Assembly (NCBI GenBank): GCA_016866975.1
Contig: VGKP01000009.1
Location: forward strand, 1-32,640
Direction of reading: 5' to 3'
DNA length: 32,640 nucleotides
Source of the DNA: Candidatus Pacearchaeota archaeon
Lineage (GTDB): Archaea; Nanobdellota; Nanobdellia; Pacearchaeales; GW2011-AR1
Part shown: in pieces, positions 17,506 through 25,486 of the stretch
Layout of the letters: every line of letters begins with the position of its first letter
How positions within the stretch are numbered: position 1 is the first letter of the stretch
Translations under genes and position numbers: made by a program
The notes under the pieces: model-generated
Database searches by the model: none
What the model saw: only the letters and a program-made list of their open reading frames with translations
Told to the model about the DNA's origin: nothing

Positions 17506-18990
17506 ATGGCTGAGAAAGTAATTGGCAAGCTTAGTATTGATGAGCTTGCGACATTTTGCAAAAGGAAGGGTCTTGTCTTCAGGTCTAGCGAGATATATGG
17601 AGGGTTTTCTGGTTTTTGGGATTATGGGCCATCAGGGGTAGAATTATTTCAAAATCTGAAACAGGATTTCTGGAAATGGTTTGTGCAGAGAAGAGAGGAT
17701 GTTGTAGGTATTGAAGCAAGCATAATCTCGCATCCACGGACATGGAGAGCATCTGGACATCTAGCCAGTTTCGCAGATATTGCAGTGATATGCAAGAAAT
17801 GCAAAAAAGCTACAAAAATAGGCCCTTTGGAGCTTGGGAAAGCTGTATGTCCAGATTGCGGAGGAGAACTTGCATCCCAAGGTGCATTCAATCTTATGTT
17901 TAAGACTTCTGTAGGAGCCTTGAATCCTACCGATGCTTATCTGAGGGGCGAGACTGCTCAGGCCATGTTCATGGATTTCAAACAAATAGCTGAGACTAGT
18001 AGAATGCAACTCCCTTTTGGAGTCGTACAGATAGGAAGATGTTTCAGAAATGAAATAGCACCAAGAGATTTTCTTTTCAGAAGCAGGGAATTTACAATTG
18101 CAGAGTTTGAATTCTTTATTCATCCAGAAGAAAAGAAATGTGAAAAACTAGATTCTAAACATAAGTCTGTGAAAATCAAGTTATTAGATGCCGAGACACA
18201 AGAAAAGGGAAAAGATACATTGAAACAGACCACTATTGGGGAGATGGTAAAGGCGAGCAAGCTTGATGAGTGGCACGGATATTGGCTGGCGGAGCAGGTA
18301 ATGTGGTTTGAACATCTAGGAATAGCTGACAAGATAAAGATAAGGGAACATATGAAAGATGAACTTAGCCATTATTCTTCAGCCACATTTGATCTGGACT
18401 ATGAATTTCCATTCGGAAGTAAGGAAATAGCCGGAAATGCAAACAGAGGGCAGTATGACCTGACTCAACATCAGAAAGAATCTGGCCAAAAAATTGATGT
18501 CTTTGATGAATCAAGCAAGAAAAGAATAGTTCCAAAAGTCATTGAACCAACATTTGGGATGGATAGAGTTTTTCTAGCACTATTATGCTCTGCCTATACT
18601 CCAGATACTAAGAGAGAAAATGTCGTGCTCCGCCTTCCAAGATTCTTAGCTCCAGTCAAGGCAGCCATATTTCCACTTATCTCAAAAGGGCCGTCAATGG
18701 ACCTTGCCAGGCATATCCAAGAATATCTGAGAGAGGACTTTGCGGTTGCTTTTGATGCTAGTGGAAGTATAGGAAGAAGGTATGCTCGGCAGGATGAGGC
18801 AGGGACACCTTATTGTATTACCGTTGATGAAGATAGCCTTAAAGATAAAGCCGTGACTATAAGGGATAGAGATACAACAAAGCAGATTCGCGTGAAGGTA
18901 GATGACCTGCAGGAAACTCTCAGAATGTTAATCTCCGGTAAGCTGGCGTTTGAGAAGGCAGGGAAAGTTGTTGAGACGAGAGTGAAATAG
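17506..18990 (+). CDS. glyS: Glycyl-tRNA synthetase, alpha2 type
   Basis: KRKGLVF...EIYGG...WDYGP, YLRGETAQ, FRNEIAPR..LFRSREF, VIEPTFGMDR, anticodon domain SGSIGRRYARQDEAGTP. Confidence 0.97.
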   Translation: MAEKVIGKLSIDELATFCKRKGLVFRSSEIYGGFSGFWDYGPSGVELFQNLKQDFWKWFVQRREDVVGIEASIISHPRTWRASGHLASFADIAVICKKCKKATKIGPLELGKAVCPDCGGELASQGAFNLMFKTSVGALNPTDAYLRGETAQAMFMDFKQIAETSRMQLPFGVVQIGRCFRNEIAPRDFLFRSREFTIAEFEFFIHPEEKKCEKLDSKHKSVKIKLLDAETQEKGKDTLKQTTIGEMVKASKLDEWHGYWLAEQVMWFEHLGIADKIKIREHMKDELSHYSSATFDLDYEFPFGSKEIAGNANRGQYDLTQHQKESGQKIDVFDESSKKRIVPKVIEPTFGMDRVFLALLCSAYTPDTKRENVVLRLPRFLAPVKAAIFPLISKGPSMDLARHIQEYLREDFAVAFDASGSIGRRYARQDEAGTPYCITVDEDSLKDKAVTIRDRDTTKQIRVKVDDLQETLRMLISGKLAFEKAGKVVETRVK

Positions 18991-19024
18991 ATATATTTTT
19001 AAAAAAACTTTCTCATTTAAATGG

Positions 19025-19765
19025 ATGACTGGTTTCTCAGAATTCAAGAAATTTTTTATGTTCAATCTGATAGGCAGCCTTGTTATAGCTGCATTAGTAG
19101 CTGTCATCACTGTGCTAGTAGGGCAGTTCACAGAAGTCACGAGGAAAGTCCTTACAACTTTGTTCATGGTAGTTATTCATTCACTTATATGCCTCGCATT
19201 CGTCTACGATGATGAGAAGCAAGGCACATCTGAAAGACTTGGTTTTTTCAGTAATGTGCTTTTTGTTCTTGTAGTGCTTAGTTTTATCACATCAATATTA
19301 GGTATATGGGATGTAATCCCTGGAAGGACTGTTTCAGATATCTATCAGACATTCTTTATATTAGGTTTCGCTGCTCTTCATGGAAATATACTTGCCAAAG
19401 CCCTTAACAAGGAGAATTATATAGATTGGGTAGTATACATAAATTATGTCTTCATGGGAATAGTCGTGCTTATGCTTCTTCCACTTATCTACATAGATAA
19501 TGCTTCTGCAACCCTTGGAGAAGTTTATTATAGGATTCTTGGGGCAGCAGGAATAATCGACGGAACATTGAGCATATTGGCGATAATATTCTATAAGCTA
19601 TATATGCATAAACATCCTAAAGTTGAAAATGTCCTTGGCGGGCAAGGAACGCCTGCGCAGAAGAAAGGATTAAGCATATGGGTCTGGATATTGATAGCAT
19701 TTCTAGCATTACAGTTGTTTTTAGGACTCCTAGGGTTTTTGCTTAATTTGTCTTCATTTAGATAA
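19025..19765 (+). CDS. Hypothetical multi-pass membrane protein (about 7 TM)
   Basis: 246-aa hydrophobic ORF. Confidence 0.8.
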   Translation: MTGFSEFKKFFMFNLIGSLVIAALVAVITVLVGQFTEVTRKVLTTLFMVVIHSLICLAFVYDDEKQGTSERLGFFSNVLFVLVVLSFITSILGIWDVIPGRTVSDIYQTFFILGFAALHGNILAKALNKENYIDWVVYINYVFMGIVVLMLLPLIYIDNASATLGEVYYRILGAAGIIDGTLSILAIIFYKLYMHKHPKVENVLGGQGTPAQKKGLSIWVWILIAFLALQLFLGLLGFLLNLSSFR

Positions 19766-19785
19766 TCTGATAATAAAATTAAATA

Positions 19786-19875
19786 AAACCACATCTCATC
19801 AGGAATCCAAGATTCTTGACTACCATCGAAGATTCATATTCTCGAGGTTCAAGGCGAGGTGGTTCCAGAGCATCT
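19786..19875. repeat. Module D hairpin plus degenerate module A
   Basis: CCACATCTCA-TCAGGAATC-CAA-GATTCTTGA-CTACCATC aligns with 21982-22020 with a covarying stem; ends GGTGGTTCCAGAGCATCT as in 4717-4734. Confidence 0.75.
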
Positions 19876-19945
19876 AATATTGATGCTTGATGAATTCCTG
19901 AAAAACGGGAAGAAGATTGAGTGGAAACCTCGTATTTAAATAGCA

Positions 19946-20536
19946 TTGTTGCTTAAATTGTTTATGTCTCCTGAGACAAAAGAGGAAGAGATTAGAGAAG
20001 ACGAGCAAATCAAAAGAGAGCTCTTAGGAAAAAGCGAGATCAGCATTTTACTTAAAACATATGATGATATATTCTCAGATTTTGATCCCAGGCCATTTGT
20101 TCATCGTGCTCTTTCTGACGATTTCCTTCTCGAGGCCAAAAAGGCAACTTTTGGGAGAGAAGGAGCTTTCCAACTTCGCTTTCTTATTCCACGCCAAGCC
20201 AGGAAACCTGATCAAGAAGTTCTAATCAAGAAAAGACTGAGGGATCATTTCAGGAAACATTTTATATTATTAGAAAAAGAAGTTGCCAAGACTAAAAGGC
20301 GCGCATGGTATATGGCCTCTCTTGGAGCTTTCATGCTTGTTCTTGCCACTCTTGTCTCTATATATGGTGGAGAAGGCATATGGACCCATATTCTCCTTGT
20401 ATTACTTGAGCCTGCAGGATGGTTTACTGCATGGACAGGATTAGACCAGCTTTTTTATACGGTGGAAGAGAAGAAACCTGATTTAGATTTCTACAGGAAG
20501 ATGGCCAATGTAGAAATATTATTCATATCTTATTAA
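19946..20536 (+). CDS. Conserved hypothetical protein with two C-terminal TM helices
   Basis: YDDIFSDFDPRP...LSDDFL motif; EPAGWFTAWTGLD. Confidence 0.8.
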   Translation: MLLKLFMSPETKEEEIREDEQIKRELLGKSEISILLKTYDDIFSDFDPRPFVHRALSDDFLLEAKKATFGREGAFQLRFLIPRQARKPDQEVLIKKRLRDHFRKHFILLEKEVAKTKRRAWYMASLGAFMLVLATLVSIYGGEGIWTHILLVLLEPAGWFTAWTGLDQLFYTVEEKKPDLDFYRKMANVEILFISY

Positions 20537-21036
20537 TAAGTAATCAATTTTACATATTTGCAGAATTTCTTGAACTGAAGTTCGGCGACCATCTTTTTTA
20601 CAAGCGAAGCTTCTCCGTTTAGCATAAAAAGCTCGAGGCATTTGCTGTCCGGCTTGTGATTATGTAATTGAGTCCTAATCATCGACTGGTATCTGTGAGT
20701 TATTGATGCGATATTTTGAGTGTGGCGAGCGTCGTGCAAGACAAGCAATACGGCATCGATGTTACCCTTGAGAAGCCTTTTCTGTTTCTCTTCCGCAAAA
20801 ATGTGATGAAGCCCATTCCTTACAGCTTCGCTTCTTCCCTTAAATAATTTTGAGGCTATAGAAGAGTCCAGTTCTTCAAGAGTTTCTTTATGTCAAGGAA
20901 CTTGACTAAAACTCCAGCTTTTAAGCTGGAGTTGTTCCTTGAGCATCCAAAGCACGAGTGCCTGCAACAAACCACACTCTTCAGAGTGTGGTGGCACATC
21001 GTGCTTTTGATTTATTGAAATGCTCATAATTCTCAT
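20533..21036 (-). pseudogene. nikR: NikR-family ribbon-helix-helix metal-responsive regulator, interrupted in-frame by a 120-nt element after codon 9
   Basis: Removing 20892-21011 gives 127 aa MRIMSISINKETLEELD...FKGRSEAVR...THRYQ...QLHNH...KCLELF, with the RHH strand/helix and His, His-x-His, Cys ligands intact. Confidence 0.88.
20892..21011 (+). mobile_element. 120-nt bipartite nested-hairpin insertion element (A+B) inside nikR
   Basis: TCAAGGAAC...ACTCCAGCT-TTTA-AGCTGGAGT...GTTCCTTGA then AAAGCACGAGTGCC...ACCACACTC-TTCA-GAGTGTGGT...GGCACATCGTGCTTT; flank TTTAT| and end TTTTGAT. Confidence 0.85.
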
Positions 21037-21090
21037 TCTCTCGATATTATTAACAAAATCTTTAAATATTATTAACTTATATCTTAAGAA

Positions 21091-21840
21091 ATGAATGAAA
21101 TCTGGTTATACTCATTATTAAGCGTATTCGTTGTGAGTCTCATATCTTTCATTGGAGTTGTTACTTTGGGCATTAAGACTGAAAGACTGAAAAAAATACT
21201 TATCTATTTTATTAGCTTCTCTGCTGGAGCACTTATGGGGGATGTATTTCTTCATCTTCTTCCTGAATCTGTGGAAGAGAATGGTTTTGGGTTAAATATA
21301 TCAGGAACTGTACTATTGGGTATATTCGTCTCTTTCTTACTTGAGAAGGTCATTCACTGGAGACATTGCCACATGCCTCATGAGAAAGGACATGTCCATT
21401 CATTTGCATATATGAATCTCTTTGGAGATGGCTTACATAATTTTGTCGATGGAGCAGTTATTGCCGCGAGCTATATAGTAAGCATCCCAGTCGGTATTGC
21501 GACAACTCTTGCGGTCTTATTCCATGAAATACCTCAAGAAATAGGAGATTTTGGAGTTCTATTACATGGAGGTTTTTCAAAGGGCAGAGCATTGCTGTTG
21601 AATTTTGCTTCAGCTTTAATGGCTGTCCTTGGAGCAGTTATTGCCCTTTGGCTTAATAGCGTTGCAGAGTTGACTGTAGCATTCCTTGTGCCATTTGCCG
21701 CTGGCAGTTTTATATATATTGCTGGAAGCGACCTAATTCCAGAGCTACATAAAAATACCACGATGAAAACTTCTATTCTTCAAGCGCTTACGTTCTTGCT
21801 GGGGATACTGGTTATGGCTGTGCTTTTAATACTTGAATAA
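21091..21840 (+). CDS. ZIP (ZupT) family divalent metal transporter
   Basis: SFSAGALMGDVFLHLLPE, His loop HWRHCHMPHEKGHVH, DGLHNFVDG, HEIPQEIGDF, GSDLIPELH. Confidence 0.95.
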   Translation: MNEIWLYSLLSVFVVSLISFIGVVTLGIKTERLKKILIYFISFSAGALMGDVFLHLLPESVEENGFGLNISGTVLLGIFVSFLLEKVIHWRHCHMPHEKGHVHSFAYMNLFGDGLHNFVDGAVIAASYIVSIPVGIATTLAVLFHEIPQEIGDFGVLLHGGFSKGRALLLNFASALMAVLGAVIALWLNSVAELTVAFLVPFAAGSFIYIAGSDLIPELHKNTTMKTSILQALTFLLGILVMAVLLILE

Positions 21841-21872
21841 GTTTTTAAGGACAACTTTTGTGAGAGGAGTGA

Positions 21873-21943
21873 GGGCCCGTAGTATAGTGGTAATACGTCC
21901 GAATGGCATTCGGGAGATTCGAGTTCGATTCTCGGCGGGTCCA
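21873..21943 (+). tRNA. trnA: tRNA-Ala(GGC)
   Basis: Acceptor GGGCCCG/CGGGTCC with G3:U70; loop ATGGCAT with A32-U38. Confidence 0.95.
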
Positions 21944-21978
21944 TAGTCGCTGAGAATTGAACATACAAAACCTCAAGT

Positions 21979-22075
21979 AAGCCACGTCTCATCAAGGATT
22001 TTCAATCCTTGACTGCCATCAAGAACTCGCGTCCTTAAGGTTTAAGCTGGGGTTAAAACCCGAAGGGTTTTGTGA
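21979..22075. repeat. Module D plus module C of the palindromic family, downstream of tRNA-Ala
   Basis: TCAAGGATT-TTC-AATCCTTGA; GGTTAAAACCCGAAGGGTTTTGTGA identical to 4655-4679. Confidence 0.8.
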
Positions 22076-22104
22076 CTTTAATAGATGTTTATAACCTTTA
22101 CTTG

Positions 22105-22503
22105 TTAGAACTCATCAGCGATTTTTAGATTGTACTGCCCATAGACTTCACTGACTTTTTCATCCAATGCCAGGTATTCTTTTTCTTTGAGTGATTTTCG
22201 CGCAATTCTGAGATTCACGCGCTGATCCGCATTCCATTGCATGAGCGCTTTCCGTGCATCATCTGCTCTTTTGATGTCAAGGAACTTGACTAAAACTCCA
22301 GCTTTTAAGCTGGAGTTGTTCCTTGAGCATCCAAAAAACGAGCGCCTGCATCAAACTGCGGCTTTTAAGCCGCAGTGGCGCATCGTTTTTTTGATTTCCT
22401 TGAGATCGGGACCTTTAAGATTAAGACCATATTTATCTGCCAATGATTCTAAAGAAGCATGACCGTTCAGAGGCGCAGAATGTGAAGAGCACGAATGTCT
22501 CAT
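22105..22503 (-). pseudogene. 92-aa hypothetical protein interrupted in-frame by a 120-nt element (not in ORF track)
   Basis: Removing 22276-22395 gives MRHSCSSHSAPLNGHASLESLADKYGLNLKGPDLKEI-KRADDARKALMQWNADQRVNLRIARKSLKEKEYLALDEKVSEVYGQYNLKIADEF*. Confidence 0.7.
22276..22395 (+). mobile_element. 120-nt bipartite nested-hairpin insertion element (A+B)
   Basis: Module A identical to the 20892 copy; module B has compensatory changes (ACTGCGGCT-TTTA-AGCCGCAGT); TTTTGAT direct repeat at both boundaries. Confidence 0.85.
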
Positions 22504-22550
22504 ACTTTTGGCAGAGTAGAAAGTGTTTTAAATACATTCTCCTTTTTTGA

Positions 22551-23369
22551 GTGATGGGAGAGGTGATTGGCTTAATAGCCATAAAAGGAGGAGTTGGCAA
22601 GACTACTCTCGCATCCTCGCTCTCAGCCGATCTTGCCAATAATCAGGGCAAGAAAGTACTTCTTATAGATACAAACTATTCTGCGCCAAATCTTGGGATT
22701 CATATGGACTTGCTTGAACCTGAAAAGACTATCCATGATGTCCTTGCTGGCAGAACAAGGCTTGAGAGTGCAGTACATTCAAGATTTGGAGTGGACGTCA
22801 TTGCAGGAAGACCAGGAGCAGGTTTTGAGATCAATCCTTTGAAATTGAGGGATAAAATATCTAGAGCAAAAGGACTTTATGATTTTATAATCCTTGACGG
22901 TTCGCCAAGCCTAAACGAGGAGGTCCTTTCAACAATTATAGCATCAAATCATCTGTTCGTTGTAACTACTCCTGACATGCCTACACTGAGCTGTTCCATG
23001 CAGGCAGCTCAGCTTGCAAAACAGAGAGGGAAACCTGTAAAGGGTATTGTAATAAACAAGATAAGGGATCCTGCATATGAGATTTCACTTAAACATATAG
23101 AAAATTCTCTTGATATACCTGTAGTCGCAAGAATTCCCGATGATAAGGCCCAAGTCAGAGCATTATTCACAAGAATACCTCTTCCTATATACAAAAAGCG
23201 TTCCAAGTTCTCTAGAGAGATACATAATCTATCTGCTGCTTTATCTGGAAAGCCAGAAACTATATCATTCTATAAGAAATTTCTTACAGGCTTTAGAAAG
23301 GAAGAAGTCAATAGGCAGGTACTGAAAGAAGATTTTTATACCAGGACGTTTAGATCAAGATATGAGTGA
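22551..23369 (+). CDS. MinD/ParA-family ATPase
   Basis: Deviant Walker A IKGGVGKTT, LLIDTN, FIILDGSP, VVTTPD, IVINKI. Confidence 0.9.
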   Translation: MMGEVIGLIAIKGGVGKTTLASSLSADLANNQGKKVLLIDTNYSAPNLGIHMDLLEPEKTIHDVLAGRTRLESAVHSRFGVDVIAGRPGAGFEINPLKLRDKISRAKGLYDFIILDGSPSLNEEVLSTIIASNHLFVVTTPDMPTLSCSMQAAQLAKQRGKPVKGIVINKIRDPAYEISLKHIENSLDIPVVARIPDDKAQVRALFTRIPLPIYKKRSKFSREIHNLSAALSGKPETISFYKKFLTGFRKEEVNRQVLKEDFYTRTFRSRYE

Positions 23370-23709
23370 CTGTATTTTTTGCAAGATAGCTAGGAAAGAG
23401 CTGAAGTCGAATATGGTTGCTGAGACAGGCAATTTTATAGCAATATTGGATGCTCATCCTGTAGCTCCTGGTCATACATTGGTTATCCCAAAAAAACATC
23501 TCGTCACTCTTCTAGATATTCCTAATTCTCTTGGAGAAGAAATGCTATCCTTGTGCAAGAATCTTGCATCTGGTTTTCTTGACAATAAGACTGGCGACGC
23601 TTTTAATATAGCTATGAACAATCTGCCTCCCGCAGGGCAAGTCGTGCCTCATGCGCATATACATCTTATACCTCGAAAAGATGGAGATTCTATAAAGAGA
23701 GTTGTTTGA
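23362..23709 (+). CDS. hit: HIT-family nucleotide hydrolase
   Basis: DCIFCKI, HPVAPGHTLVIPKKH, GQVVPHAHIHLIPR. Confidence 0.95.
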   Translation: MSDCIFCKIARKELKSNMVAETGNFIAILDAHPVAPGHTLVIPKKHLVTLLDIPNSLGEEMLSLCKNLASGFLDNKTGDAFNIAMNNLPPAGQVVPHAHIHLIPRKDGDSIKRVV

Positions 23710-23712
23710 TTA

Positions 23713-23884
23713 TGGTGCTGGGGAGAATCGAACTCCCGATCTCGGCCTTTCGCAAATCTGCGATTCGCGAGATTTTGAGAATCTGAATCCAAGATTCTCG
23801 AGATTGCTCAAGAACCAAGGTTCTCGACAACTTCGCTAACGCAAGTTTATGAGAGCCGCGCCTTAACCACTCGGCTACAGCACC
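23713..23884 (-). tRNA. tRNA with CAT anticodon (elongator Met or Ile2) with 99-nt intron at 37/38 (23749-23847)
   Basis: Acceptor GGTGCTG/CAGCACC+A; CGGCT-CTCATA|A-GGCCG; T arm GGGAG-TTCGATT-CTCCC; 73-nt mature tRNA; relaxed BHB (CTCA/TGCG, one mismatch). Confidence 0.9.
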
Positions 23885-23972
23885 GGTTTTAGGAAACTTA
23901 ATGGGTTTTTAAGTATACCGTAGAAATGTAGTAGCAGGAAAGTTTGATAAACCTCAAGTCCTTTGATGTTTT

Positions 23973-24185
23973 ATGGTGGAACCTACCTTGACAGATTTGA
24001 TTAGAGATATTGGTCAGATTGGCCTATGGCTTCAGACACTAGGAGTAATTGTTGTTCTTTGGATAGTATTTGAGGTATATGCGTTTTTAGTCAGAAGGAA
24101 GAGAATGAAAGAAATATATGCTATTAAAGAAGATATGAAGAGAATAGAAAAAAAGGTTGATAAGATACTTAAGAATCATTCCTGA
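23973..24185 (+). CDS. Small single-TM hypothetical protein with coiled-coil tail
   Basis: LWLQTLGVIVVLWIVFEVYAFLV then IKEDMKRIEKKVDKIL. Confidence 0.7.
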   Translation: MVEPTLTDLIRDIGQIGLWLQTLGVIVVLWIVFEVYAFLVRRKRMKEIYAIKEDMKRIEKKVDKILKNHS

Positions 24186-24394
24186 GGTTCAATCACTTTC
24201 TTTGGGACTCTCTTTGCAGTCATCTTCATCTTTGTCAATCTTGCTATATACCCTGCTACCTTGTTCCTTATAGGTTTGCTAGGCATATGGCCTTGCAATA
24301 GCCTTTTATTATGATCAAAGTCTGTATTGAAGTGCTCAGTCTCAAGGAGCTGCTTGGCTGCCTTCTTTACCATTGTTGATTTTATTCTACCCAT
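24176..24394 (-). CDS. rps17e: 30S ribosomal protein S17e
   Basis: MGRIKSTMVKKAAKQLL...FNTDFDHNK...SKPIRNKVAGYIAR. Confidence 0.95.
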   Translation of the reverse strand: MGRIKSTMVKKAAKQLLETEHFNTDFDHNKRLLQGHMPSKPIRNKVAGYIARLTKMKMTAKRVPKKVIEPQE

Positions 24395-24502
24395 CCTATA
24401 AATGTGGAAAATAGCTTTTTAAAAGTTGCTGTGCGACATTTAAGCATCAAATTTTCTTGATGTTGGTGACTTTGGGATCCCAGACTTGTGCCGTGGATGT
24501 AA

Positions 24503-25450
24503 TCATAGTCTCTCAAATTTAAGGAGCGCACCCCATTCCTGCAGCAAAGGATGTGCCTTCTTTTCTACATCTCCTGGAGCAATAATGAATGCTGGGAGTT
24601 TCTCTGAGTGTGCTTTCTGCAAGGCTTCTATCAATTCTTCTTCTTTTATTCTTTTCTTGTCTTTCGCTATAAGGTAGAAAGCTTGTAGACCGTAAGGTGT
24701 CTTTATACTTATTTTGGCCAGGACCTCTTTTTTGTTGTCAGATATTATCTGATGCAAAGTAATGTCCTTTTTTTGTAGATGGTCTTTCACTATTTGGGCA
24801 AATGGAGAGTATACTGGCTGTTCTATTGATTGAGAGGAGAAAGGCAACTGAATTGAGACTATCTTTGTAGGAATTATAGCTCTTGGCTTTCTAGGGACTT
24901 TCTCTTTCTTCGTCTGGACATCCTCATTTGAATCATTCTCCTTATTCTGAGTGGGTAGGAGAGGAGGAGAATTTAATTCTTTTCTAGGAAAAACTAATTG
25001 TTCTATCATCTTATCTGTCTCTTGATCCGAAAGAAGGAAATACTTCCAGAATACATAGGTCTCTCCATTGATGGCAGTATTGATGGGATGAGCAAAATCT
25101 TTTATTTGCCTTAGAGCTACTCTTATCGCCGGTTCTTGCAGTTCATCTTTGAGTATCTTTTCTTTCTTTAGCAAGCTAAAAGCTTCTTTTTCTTTCGGGT
25201 TAAGATATTGAATGAAATTCTCTAATTGCCCTTCCTGGCCAGGAAGGTAGTAGAGAGACGAGCTCCCAACTTTCAAATGGGACATCAGGATACGTTTCTC
25301 ACCATATAGTTCAGAAAGAAATGCAGAGGCGAATAATGTACTCAAATTAACTGATCGAGCTATATGCACGGGGAGGCTAGGGCCCTTATTTTCCAGTGTT
25401 GAAACAATAAAGTCCTTATTTTTAATCAATCTTTGAGTATCTGTGGGCAT
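24503..25450 (-). CDS. Hypothetical protein: N-terminal winged-helix-like region, charged linker, alpha/beta C-terminal domain
   Basis: GPSLPVHIARSVNLSTLFASAFLSEL...LKVGSSSLYYLPGQE. Confidence 0.75.
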   Translation of the reverse strand: MPTDTQRLIKNKDFIVSTLENKGPSLPVHIARSVNLSTLFASAFLSELYGEKRILMSHLKVGSSSLYYLPGQEGQLENFIQYLNPKEKEAFSLLKKEKILKDELQEPAIRVALRQIKDFAHPINTAINGETYVFWKYFLLSDQETDKMIEQLVFPRKELNSPPLLPTQNKENDSNEDVQTKKEKVPRKPRAIIPTKIVSIQLPFSSQSIEQPVYSPFAQIVKDHLQKKDITLHQIISDNKKEVLAKISIKTPYGLQAFYLIAKDKKRIKEEELIEALQKAHSEKLPAFIIAPGDVEKKAHPLLQEWGALLKFERL

Positions 25451-25486
25451 GTTACGAGGACAAAGAGAGATTATAAATATGTTTGG

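Noticed and set aside
19820-19937. Protein-like frame KIHILEVQGEVVPEHLILMLDEF...
   Set aside because: No start codon before an in-frame TGA, and the first half coincides with a degenerate repeat module
20890-22281. TTGACA at the sense 3' end of both inserts as sigma70 promoters tied to the sigma-like gene
   Set aside because: No TATAAT-like -10 hexamer 16-18 nt downstream in either copy; the hexamer is part of the stem arm
20892-22395. Canonical BHB (EndA-type) introns in nikR and the 92-aa gene
   Set aside because: A TCAA/TTGA 4-bp helix can be drawn, but the flanking helices do not pair. The equivalent cut removes 122 nt in nikR (out of frame) versus 123 nt in the other gene, so no common BHB solution exists.
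20533-22503. TGA recoding (alternative genetic code) to read through the inserts
   Set aside because: TGA clearly terminates ordinary genes here (aIF-1A, MinD, HIT) and conserved genes have no internal TGA
21780-22639. ORFs 21780-21995 (-), 22241-22462 (+) and 22433-22639 (-)
   Set aside because: They are shadows of tRNA-Ala, the repeat element and minD
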